DNA of 32,000 bases. Source: Candidatus Pacearchaeota archaeon (GTDB lineage Archaea; Nanobdellota; Nanobdellia; Pacearchaeales; UBA284). A program made the translations under genes and the position numbers. Within the stretch, counting starts at the first letter, position 1. Every line of letters begins with the position of its first letter. The stretch spans positions 600,001 to 632,000 of the forward strand of contig CP061211.1 of the NCBI GenBank assembly GCA_026016245.1, written 5' to 3'. Shown one piece after another: positions 17,201-24,033 of this stretch. Under the pieces are notes generated by a model, which had not been told where the DNA came from, did not search any database, and saw only the letters and a program-made list of their open reading frames with translations.

Positions 17201-20200
17201 ATCAAGAAAAAGTTGCTGGGATATATATATATTGGGGAGATAATATTAATATTTCTAATAATAATTTGATAAATAATTATTATGGTGTTTTTCTATCTGG
17301 CAGTTCTAATAATATAACCTCAAATAATATATCTAATAATGAATATGGTATTTTATTGAAGGGGAGTTCATATAGTTATATTTTATCTAATATAATGGAT
17401 TCAAATACAATCCATATTTTATTAAATTCAACTTTAGGAGGTCATATTGAGAGTTCTAACACAGTCTCCTTAAACAATCTTTCTGGAGGAGATTATGGGA
17501 TTTATTTAAGTGATGAAGAAAATAATGATTTTGAAAACAATAAGATAGAAAATACTGATTATGGAATTTATATTTATGGAACTGTTTCAGAGCAAATAGG
17601 AGCCAATGCTTTTACAAACAATAATGTAAGTAATAGTTCTGTTTATGATTTTTATTTATATTATGTAAATACTCCTGGTTTTGGAAATGATCCTGTAATT
17701 AATTTAACAACAGGAAATGTGATGTCAAGTTTTGAGGCTTGGAATATTGCCTTAAAAAATACGACAAGCCCTGCTGCTGATCCTAGTGGATATGATAATA
17801 TAAGTAAATATTTGAATATAACAAACAATTCAGCTGATTCTTGGGTATTTTTGAATATAAGTTATAATGAATCTGCTTTAGGAGATATAAATGAATCAAG
17901 TTTGGAAATATGGAAGCATAATGGCTCATGGCATAATACTACTTTTTATACAACAAGCGGGGTAAATGAAGCTAGTGATTATGTTTTTGCTAACATTACC
18001 TCTTTCAGTATTTTTGCTCCTTTTGTAAAAAGCACAGGAGGTGATATAGATTCTTGCCAAATTCTTAATGAATCAGGAACTTATACACTTAATCAATCTG
18101 TTTCATCAAGCGGAACTTGTTTCACGATAGAAAATAATAGCATAACTCTTGATTGTGATGGATATACAATAAATTATTCAGCAACAGAAAAAGGTTATGC
18201 AATAAACAACACTAATGGATTTGATAACGTGACAATAAAGAATTGTAATATAAAACAAACTTCAAGTTCTTATACACATGCTTATGCGATATACTATAAT
18301 AATAGTGTTAATAGCACAATATATAATAACATAATAACGACTTCAGGAACCTTTGGTTGGGTAATTTATCTTACTACAACCTCAAGCTTTAATATAACTA
18401 ATAATAATATAACAACTTTAGGAGGAGATGGTGATGCAGTTTATCTTTTTTCGAGCTCAAATAATAACTTAACTAATAATAATATAACAACTTTTGGGAG
18501 TGGTGGTTATGCACTTATTCTTTCCACAAACTCGAGTTTTAACAATCTAAATAATAATACAATTACAACTAATGGACCCGAGAGTTGGGGAATTCATCTT
18601 GCTTCAAACTCAAGCTTTAACACATTAATCAACAATACAATAAATGTAACGACAAACCCAGATGACAAAATAGCACTATATATTGATGGAAGCCATCATA
18701 ATGTTATAGATGGTGGTTCAATCAGTGTAACATCATCCAATAATCAATATGCTTCTGTTTTAATTACTAGAAGTGATAACAATATTATAAAGAACTCCTA
18801 TATCTTCAGCGATTCAACTTATGGTCTTAGAGTTTATTGGACCGGAACAGGTAATACAACAATATACAATACAATAATCAATTCAACATGGGGCCCTGAC
18901 ATTATATACGACAACGATGTTGGTGGCTGGACAAATCTGACTAATTGTTCTTTTAATAAAAGTGATGTTTCATTTGGCTCAGGCTCAACTGGCTTAATAA
19001 ATGTGAAATGGTATGTAGATGTCTATGTTAACAACACTTTTGGATATCCTATTTACTTAGCTCAAGTAGATTTAGTAGATACAAACGGTAATACAGAAAC
19101 AGCTATGACAAACACTTCAGGCTATACAGAAAGAGCAAATGTTACAGAATATTATCAAAATGCTACTGGAAGCTATACTTATAATAACTATACTGCAAAA
19201 GCTTCTAAGACAGGATATTATGATTCAAGCAAACAAGTTAATTTAACAACAAATGCAATCAGGGATGATAATACGCAAGTTGTTTTAACTTTAACAAAAC
19301 ACTCTGGCGGCGGAGGCGGCGGAGGAACAGGTTATTGTGGTGATAATGCTTGTGATCCAGATGAAAATTGTTATAATTGTCCTGAAGATTGTGGAGAATG
19401 TTGTGGGAATAATATATGTGAGCCATTATATGGAGAAGATTATACAAACTGCTGGAAAGACTGCTGTTATCCAGAAGGAATAGAGATGCCTGTCCTGCCA
19501 AACAGAACTTGCTGTGCAAATTTAAATCGAGGAATAATTTATGATATGGGTTGTGTTGCTAATCAGAATGACCAGTGTGAAGGATGTGAGCTTATCGGAA
19601 GTGTTGTTTGTGTAAATTGTGGTAATAATATCTGTGGTTTAGGTGAGAATTATTGTAATTGTCCTGAAGATTGTGTTGAAGCAATATTAGATTGTTCACA
19701 ACTACCTCCTTTGTTTGTAAATATTGAATGGGATTGGTGGCCAATAACTCCTCAAACAAAACTAAACTGGTATCAGATGCCCTCCCCAGATATAGAATTG
19801 TTAAGAACTGAAGTTTATAGTGCAGATAAATGTATAGGAAGTGAATGTAATTTTGTGTTAGAAGAAGTTGTTAATGCTCCGGCAAGTGAATGGTCAGCAC
19901 ATGTTTCTGAAAGACTTAAATTTTTCACAATTATAGGAAAAACAAAACTAGGCCAAGGAGAGTGTAAGCCTGAATATTATGAGCAGGGTGTTGGTAATAG
20001 CAATAAACCAGGATGGTATAATGCTTGTACTTTAGAGCTTTTAAAAGAAGAGACTTTAATGGTTGCAGAGCCAAGAGCTTATTGTTGTTATCCTGAAGCT
20101 GATAGTGAGGGTTGGTATAATGTTCAATGTGATCAGGTGAAGATACCAGAAAATTTAATAAGATATTCTGATTGTGAGGAAGGAGAGTATGCTTTATTAT

Positions 20201-20847
20201 GTGATCAGACAAGTGATATTCTTGTAAAATTCACGCAAGATCTTGTTCATAATAAACAGATTGGAAGAGGAGAACAAGGTCAGAACACTAGTGTTAATTG
20301 GATAGTTTATATGCCTTTTGAAAATATCACTAATAACACAGATTACTTGCTTAAGATTGGAGATATCGTGGATTATGTTGCTTATTGGGATGCAGAAAAA
20401 CAAAAACAATTAGGAAGTGCTAGAGGTTATAAGGCAGGAATCCCATTAATAACTACAGGTGCTTTTGAACTTGAATCAGGAAGGCCTTACTTTGTTTCTT
20501 CAAGTGAAAAAACAGATAGGATAACCTGGGTTGGAAGAATTCCTGAGCATGTTACTTTCCACTTAAAATATGTGCCTGGAACTTTTAGTGAAAATTATAT
20601 GTCCTTACCTTTAGATACTTTTTTAAAGAAAGCAGTTGATATTTGTGATGCTTTAGGTCTAGGAGATGATGGGAGTGTTGCTACTTGGGATCCAATAACA
20701 CAAAAATATGTTAACGAGGAAGCATCAAGGTGTGGGTTTATTAGAAGCCCCATTGGGGGAAATAGTGCGCTTAATTTTGATTTAAATCCTGGACAAGTTT
20801 ATGAAGTTGCAGGGTTAGAACAAGATATAACTTGGAAACAAGAATAA
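14281..20847 (+). CDS. giant (2188 aa) surface protein
   Basis: A single uninterrupted ORF. Domain order: N-terminal TM anchor, acidic sequon repeat, two parallel beta-helix (PbH1-like) cassettes, CarboxypepD_reg-like domain, Gly7 linker, Cys-rich CGxNxC modules, C-terminal globular repeats. Beta-helix rungs show the NNITxN / NxTIxNN periodicity with very many N-x-S/T sequons. The prealbumin-like segment is VDVYVNNTFGYPIYLAQVDLVDTNGNTETAMTNTSGY...KTGYY. The ORF track also allows a TTG start at 14278. Confidence 0.9.
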   Translation: MLKEDNSKINKVTAIIFFIVLIGLVFFMFFIKPVITAKAIALEKEFFMPNEKIKGNFTLILKEGELIPSNTKILIELDGQQQRELTIKEFIELSNLDIEEEQGGFFIPKTRISGAGFGYGKAGHYVVYPDVDFQLKIISPTEEEVTEIEEPTEESTEENITEQNITEQNITEENKTEVPEENITEIKEEPTEEATEAEEEPAEEENSGENENLEEDVINSLSIFAILNKFFSFWGAFTIVEESGNVKIIEASCSLDEPFYYELGEGEQAELMEGSVRIDGEIVRDNKVDIDIKDDVLTVSTDYFESYEGFGEAYLGDDYEITLNLNVLDLNIEKEGTHTLTITLVYEDEELMNASEEIEVKPESITIKIIDKDGNIEDEILASSTKIKIKIRKIVVGGEEEHEIEIEDNVISITGAAIIETKQALPESEIIFIDFPDNTIIQIDEPTIEQKAKGFATEVFAIEPGSEIEIETATITLEKFTSDTIASILYCEDWNINNFNCDGNWMNSGLEFLDNGTHISFETDHFTAYIGAGNMTCPYFANDSVILVESVACNGTAFIINSSNVEIDCQGHTINYSATTLGYGINNTAGFDNVTIKNCIIKQTNFSIAYAYGIYLKNGIVNITIHNNTILTYAYASYAIYQTLPYTGSDNITVTDNIVNGGINLGYVPNCTVTGNNVTNSSFVVGGSGDSPYCQITDNNVSGGDAYFSGPYHNIEDNNFYDIGSVMIDGSHIYFSDNYISSSTDSGDGTLILDSSSITNNTVYSNIIVTSGDDDNDAVYLDGANDTNFSYNNITTDCVDCDGIVWEYPKVFNLAYNNITTNGNNSFGLMLSYAYSDVKNITNNTIKTYGASSGGIYLETTLNYDGPSKNVFRNNIIETAKGIAFNFSEDCNDPYDGHPSDIDTSNTAEGKPIYYYCNTTSTLIQDLDAGQILFGPVANDPNIVLENVSAEDGIFVSDGVSNLIIRDSTIDTSNQEKVAGIYIYWGDNINISNNNLINNYYGVFLSGSSNNITSNNISNNEYGILLKGSSYSYILSNIMDSNTIHILLNSTLGGHIESSNTVSLNNLSGGDYGIYLSDEENNDFENNKIENTDYGIYIYGTVSEQIGANAFTNNNVSNSSVYDFYLYYVNTPGFGNDPVINLTTGNVMSSFEAWNIALKNTTSPAADPSGYDNISKYLNITNNSADSWVFLNISYNESALGDINESSLEIWKHNGSWHNTTFYTTSGVNEASDYVFANITSFSIFAPFVKSTGGDIDSCQILNESGTYTLNQSVSSSGTCFTIENNSITLDCDGYTINYSATEKGYAINNTNGFDNVTIKNCNIKQTSSSYTHAYAIYYNNSVNSTIYNNIITTSGTFGWVIYLTTTSSFNITNNNITTLGGDGDAVYLFSSSNNNLTNNNITTFGSGGYALILSTNSSFNNLNNNTITTNGPESWGIHLASNSSFNTLINNTINVTTNPDDKIALYIDGSHHNVIDGGSISVTSSNNQYASVLITRSDNNIIKNSYIFSDSTYGLRVYWTGTGNTTIYNTIINSTWGPDIIYDNDVGGWTNLTNCSFNKSDVSFGSGSTGLINVKWYVDVYVNNTFGYPIYLAQVDLVDTNGNTETAMTNTSGYTERANVTEYYQNATGSYTYNNYTAKASKTGYYDSSKQVNLTTNAIRDDNTQVVLTLTKHSGGGGGGGTGYCGDNACDPDENCYNCPEDCGECCGNNICEPLYGEDYTNCWKDCCYPEGIEMPVLPNRTCCANLNRGIIYDMGCVANQNDQCEGCELIGSVVCVNCGNNICGLGENYCNCPEDCVEAILDCSQLPPLFVNIEWDWWPITPQTKLNWYQMPSPDIELLRTEVYSADKCIGSECNFVLEEVVNAPASEWSAHVSERLKFFTIIGKTKLGQGECKPEYYEQGVGNSNKPGWYNACTLELLKEETLMVAEPRAYCCYPEADSEGWYNVQCDQVKIPENLIRYSDCEEGEYALLCDQTSDILVKFTQDLVHNKQIGRGEQGQNTSVNWIVYMPFENITNNTDYLLKIGDIVDYVAYWDAEKQKQLGSARGYKAGIPLITTGAFELESGRPYFVSSSEKTDRITWVGRIPEHVTFHLKYVPGTFSENYMSLPLDTFLKKAVDICDALGLGDDGSVATWDPITQKYVNEEASRCGFIRSPIGGNSALNFDLNPGQVYEVAGLEQDITWKQE
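14749..14835 (+). repeat. in-frame acidic sequon repeat (EENITEQNITEQNITEENKTEVPEENITE)
   Basis: Imperfect 15-nt units (ACAGAACAAAACATA / ACTGAACAAAACATA / ACAGAAGAAAATAAG) are visible at 14761-14805. Confidence 0.7.
19306..19326 (+). repeat. GGC/GGA run encoding Gly7 linker
   Basis: ggcggcggaggcggcggagga is a GC-only 21-mer inside an AT-rich gene. It separates the prealbumin-like domain from the Cys-rich modules. Confidence 0.8.
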
Positions 20848-21711
20848 TTAATGAATAATCTTTATTGATTTCATAATTGTTTTTTCTGAATCTTCTGGTT
20901 TAAATTTCACAAAATAATGTCCTTGTGGCAAGTCCCCGGTATAAACTTTATTTCCCTTTACTTCTTTTACTTGACTTCCAATCATATTATAAATATTAAT
21001 TTTCCCAGATTGATTTAAATAGAAAAATTCATTAGCAGGATTTGGTCTAACATTTAACTTATCAACTTTTACTTTTTTTTCTAAATTTTCTTTTATACTT
21101 ACAGTATCAAGATTAAAACTTGCTAAAGTGTCAGCATCAAGGAATCTATGTTGAACTTCTCCTTTTGTAATTCCATATTTTCCTGGTGCTGCAGCTTCAA
21201 TAACTACGGTGTCTTCATCAACTAATCCTAAAGTAGAAGCATCGAAATAAATTTCATATGCCCAACTTGAAGAAGTTATATCAAATCTTCCATAAAGAGT
21301 ATCTAAACCATCTTGTTTGAAACATTTTGCATCAACACTATCTATTCCGCCATCAGTAACATCTCTCACTGAAATTCCATAACCGCCAACAAATGCTGTT
21401 GGTTGTAAAGTAAAATTTCCTCTACAAAACCATTTTAAATAAGAAGTATCTGAAGGGGCATCAAACCTAACTAATCCACTATCTCCAGGAGAAACTCCCC
21501 ATGCGTCTGGAACTGTCTTTACCCAGTAATTGGGAACAATCTGTCCAACCATTGTTTTTGCACTATCTAAACTATTAGGTTTGAAAAAAGTAACATTAGC
21601 GCTATCAGGGTAAGCCCACCCATCAAAGTTAGGTAAAGCATCAGCCAACTTAGGCAAGAGAAAAGTAACTCCAGCTAAGAATAATGTTAATAAAGTGCTT
21701 TTTAATCCCAT
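20848..21711 (-). CDS. secreted protein with T9SS type-A (Por_Secre_tail-like) C-terminal sorting domain
   Basis: N-terminal signal peptide MGLKSTLLTLFLAGVTFLLPKLADA. The C-terminal 70 aa, NVRPNPANEFFYLNQSGKINIYNMIGSQVKEVKGNKVYTGDLPQGHYFVKFKPEDSEKTIMKSIKIIH, fits the PNPa...i.iyd..G..v......idls.L..G.Yfvk...kl.k pattern. Confidence 0.75.
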   Translation of the reverse strand: MGLKSTLLTLFLAGVTFLLPKLADALPNFDGWAYPDSANVTFFKPNSLDSAKTMVGQIVPNYWVKTVPDAWGVSPGDSGLVRFDAPSDTSYLKWFCRGNFTLQPTAFVGGYGISVRDVTDGGIDSVDAKCFKQDGLDTLYGRFDITSSSWAYEIYFDASTLGLVDEDTVVIEAAAPGKYGITKGEVQHRFLDADTLASFNLDTVSIKENLEKKVKVDKLNVRPNPANEFFYLNQSGKINIYNMIGSQVKEVKGNKVYTGDLPQGHYFVKFKPEDSEKTIMKSIKIIH

Positions 21712-21786
21712 GTTTTTTTCAGGCCAATATGATATTTAAAGCTTTTGGTTTTACTACTTTTTAGGGGTTTCTTTTAGATATCTACG

Positions 21787-21799
21787 AAAAATATTTATA
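21787..21799 (+). promoter_or_regulatory. TATA-box-like element upstream of the Cys-repeat peptide gene
   Basis: AAAAATATTTATA ends 15 nt before the ATG at 21815. This implies a very short or absent leader, and M3 or M5 could be the true start. Confidence 0.35.
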
Positions 21800-21814
21800 C
21801 CATGTAAGCTTATA

Positions 21815-22030
21815 ATGAAAATGGCTATGGAGAAAAAAACCCTTTTAGAAACAGAAAAAGAAAAAGCTTCACTAATTGGAAAAATAGATAATAAGATGGC
21901 TTTTGATAATGAACATTGCAGTTGTCAATGTGCCTGTGATTGTGTTTGTATATGTGATTGTGATACATATGATTCCTTAAAACAAAATAAAGAAAAAGCT
22001 CTTGAAAAAAATTATTGGAAATATTCTTAA
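21815..22030 (+). CDS. candidate RiPP precursor peptide (71 aa) with core CSCQCACDCVCICDC
   Basis: MKMAMEKKTLLETEKEKASLIGKIDNKMAFDNEH-CSCQCACDCVCICDC-DTYDSLKQNKEKALEKNYWKYS. It sits 25 nt upstream of a radical SAM/SPASM gene on the same strand. The eight Cys codons are interleaved with seven intervening codons, six of them distinct (only GAT recurs). Confidence 0.6.
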   Translation: MKMAMEKKTLLETEKEKASLIGKIDNKMAFDNEHCSCQCACDCVCICDCDTYDSLKQNKEKALEKNYWKYS

Positions 22031-22055
22031 TTGAGGGTAAGGGGGGAGATTTAAA

Positions 22056-23459
22056 ATGAAATTTAAATTATTTAGAAATCTCTATTTTAAAAAAGTTAAT
22101 TCTGATTATTGGGGAGTTTATCATCCATTTAATGAATATAAAATAATTTTTATTTCCTCTGATTTAAAAGCTGAACTTAAAAAATTCCAAAATTCTGGAG
22201 AAATATTGGAAAATAATCCTTTTAAGAACGAATTAGAAAAATTAAAAAAAGAATATTTTTTAGTTCCAGAATTATTTAATCATACAAAACCTATACAAAC
22301 TATTAGAGAAGGATTACCAAAAAAACCAAGTATAGGATTATTATATCTTCTTTTAACAGATTCATGTAATTTAAATTGTAGTTATTGTGCTATTGAAGAA
22401 AATTTAGAGAGTCTTTGTAAAAATTCTAAATTAAGAGCAAAGAACATGAGTATAAAAACTTGTGATAATGCAATTGATTTTTATGTTATGTGTAAAGATG
22501 ATAAATTACCAGAACATCGTGTGATATTTTATGGAGGAGAACCATTATTAAATGAAAAAGTTTTTAGACATGCTGTTTCTAGATTGAGAAGTGAAGAAAA
22601 AAAAGGAAATTTAAAAAATTTGGGGATGGTCATGAATACTAATGCAACAAAAGTAAATGAAGAAATTGCAGAATTCTTTGCTAAAAATAAAATAAGCCCA
22701 GCAGTCTCATTAGATGGTTATAAAGAAATTCATGATTCTCAGAGAAAAAACTTAAGAGGAAAAGGAAGTTACGATGAAACTATAAGAGGATATAAATTAT
22801 TTCAAAAGCATGGTATTCAACCGGGAATATCCTGTACAATTACAAAAAATAATATTGGAAAACTAGAAGAAATCGCAGAATTTTTTGTTGATAATCTTAA
22901 TCCAAATGGAATTGGTTTTAATCTTTTACTTGATTTTAAAGATAAAATTAATCCTTTAGCAGTTTCTGTTAAAAAAGCAACTAAAGCAATGTTAAAAAGT
23001 TTTGAATTTTTAAGAGAAAAAGGTGTTTTTGAAGAAAGAGTTATGAGGCGTCTTGGAAAAATAATTAAAAAAGAAATGCATCTAAAAGATTGTGCTGGTT
23101 ATGGTAGACAAGTTGTTGTTGCACCTGATGGAAGAATCGGTCCATGTCAGATAGCAATGGCTGCAGATTATCCTTCACCAGGAAATGTCAATGATTCTAA
23201 AATGTTTGATCCCAATGATAATGAATTGTTCTTAGAATGGAATAAAAGAACAGCATTCAATATGTCTCAGTGTGAAGATTGCAGTTTTATAACAATCTGT
23301 GGAGGAGGATGTGCATATCAGTCTTATATAAAAACAGGAAATATATGGCAAGTTGATAAAAGAATATGTGAACATTGTAAGGAATTAATAGATTGGGTTA
23401 TTGATGATTTATGGAAAACTAAACAAAAAAATATTCAATATGAGACCAGATTGGGATAA
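22056..23459 (+). CDS. radical SAM enzyme with C-terminal SPASM domain and ~95-aa N-terminal extension (peptide-maturase architecture)
   Basis: CX3CX2C cluster motif CNLNCSYC (22365-22388) and GGE motif FYGGEPLL. SPASM motifs are CAGYGRQVVVAPDGRIGPC (CX12GX4C) and CEDCSFITICGGGC (CX2CX5CX3C), followed by CEHC. A G-rich SD (GGGGGGAG) lies upstream. Confidence 0.9.
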   Translation: MKFKLFRNLYFKKVNSDYWGVYHPFNEYKIIFISSDLKAELKKFQNSGEILENNPFKNELEKLKKEYFLVPELFNHTKPIQTIREGLPKKPSIGLLYLLLTDSCNLNCSYCAIEENLESLCKNSKLRAKNMSIKTCDNAIDFYVMCKDDKLPEHRVIFYGGEPLLNEKVFRHAVSRLRSEEKKGNLKNLGMVMNTNATKVNEEIAEFFAKNKISPAVSLDGYKEIHDSQRKNLRGKGSYDETIRGYKLFQKHGIQPGISCTITKNNIGKLEEIAEFFVDNLNPNGIGFNLLLDFKDKINPLAVSVKKATKAMLKSFEFLREKGVFEERVMRRLGKIIKKEMHLKDCAGYGRQVVVAPDGRIGPCQIAMAADYPSPGNVNDSKMFDPNDNELFLEWNKRTAFNMSQCEDCSFITICGGGCAYQSYIKTGNIWQVDKRICEHCKELIDWVIDDLWKTKQKNIQYETRLG

Positions 23460-24033
23460 AGTTTATAAGAAAGGCCCCCATTGGGAAAGAAAACATTCTA
23501 AAGCAATAGAAGATTTTGTTAGATATTTAGAAAAAAGAGACAAAGTTCTTGATCTTGGCTGTGGGTCGGGCCGCGATGTTGTTTTTCTTGCTAGGAATGG
23601 ATTTGATGTTTATGGAATAGATATCTCTAAAGAAGCAATTAAAAAAGCAAGAAATAAAATTAAAGAAAAAGGTTTGAAAGCTTATTTTGATGTAGGAGAT
23701 TTAACTGCCTTGAAATTTGAAAACAATTTTTTTGATGCTATTTATTCTAATGCTGTTTTAAATTTCACACTACTTCAAGAAAGTTGTTCTGAAATCTATA
23801 GAATATTGAAAAAAGATGGCTTAGCATATCTTATATTTCTTTTAGATTACATTCCTTTATTTAATGATGGTAAGAATAAAGAGGATCATTCGTTTTATCC
23901 AGAAGATTTGATTTTACAAACTTATAAAAATTCAAAATTCAATATAATCTATAGCAAGAAATTCCTTTCACTAGATCTTGGGGGAGAAAAACCACATAAA
24001 CATAATATTTTGAACTTGCTTTTAAAAAAATGA
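23440..24033 (+). CDS. class I SAM-dependent methyltransferase
   Basis: Motif I VLDLGCGSGRDVVFLARNGFDVYGIDIS, then post-I/II motifs (DVGDL; FDAIYSNAVLNF; LKKDGLAYL). The ATG at 23440 overlaps the rSAM 3' end by 20 nt. The ORF-track TTG at 23401 is less likely. Confidence 0.85.
   Translation: MRPDWDKVYKKGPHWERKHSKAIEDFVRYLEKRDKVLDLGCGSGRDVVFLARNGFDVYGIDISKEAIKKARNKIKEKGLKAYFDVGDLTALKFENNFFDAIYSNAVLNFTLLQESCSEIYRILKKDGLAYLIFLLDYIPLFNDGKNKEDHSFYPEDLILQTYKNSKFNIIYSKKFLSLDLGGEKPHKHNILNLLLKK

Noticed and set aside
19259-20409. Minus-strand ORFs 19259-19519, 19931-20212 and 20197-20409
   Set aside because: They are antisense to the Cys-rich part of the giant gene. Their H/N/L-rich products have no signal or motif.
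20848-21711. Taking the T9SS-type CTD as evidence that the whole window is bacterial
   Set aside because: Flanking genes on both sides are unambiguously archaeal (TFB, aIF2-alpha, eS8/eS27, EndA, archaeal-type tRNA intron) with the same AT-rich style. Only local horizontal transfer or misassembly remains to be tested.
21815-22030. Dismissing the 71-aa Cys-repeat ORF as a chance ORF in TG-rich DNA
   Set aside because: The intervening codons are mostly different, so this is not a simple TGT repeat. The ORF has a TATA-like element and is tightly coupled to an rSAM/SPASM gene. It is kept as a candidate gene.
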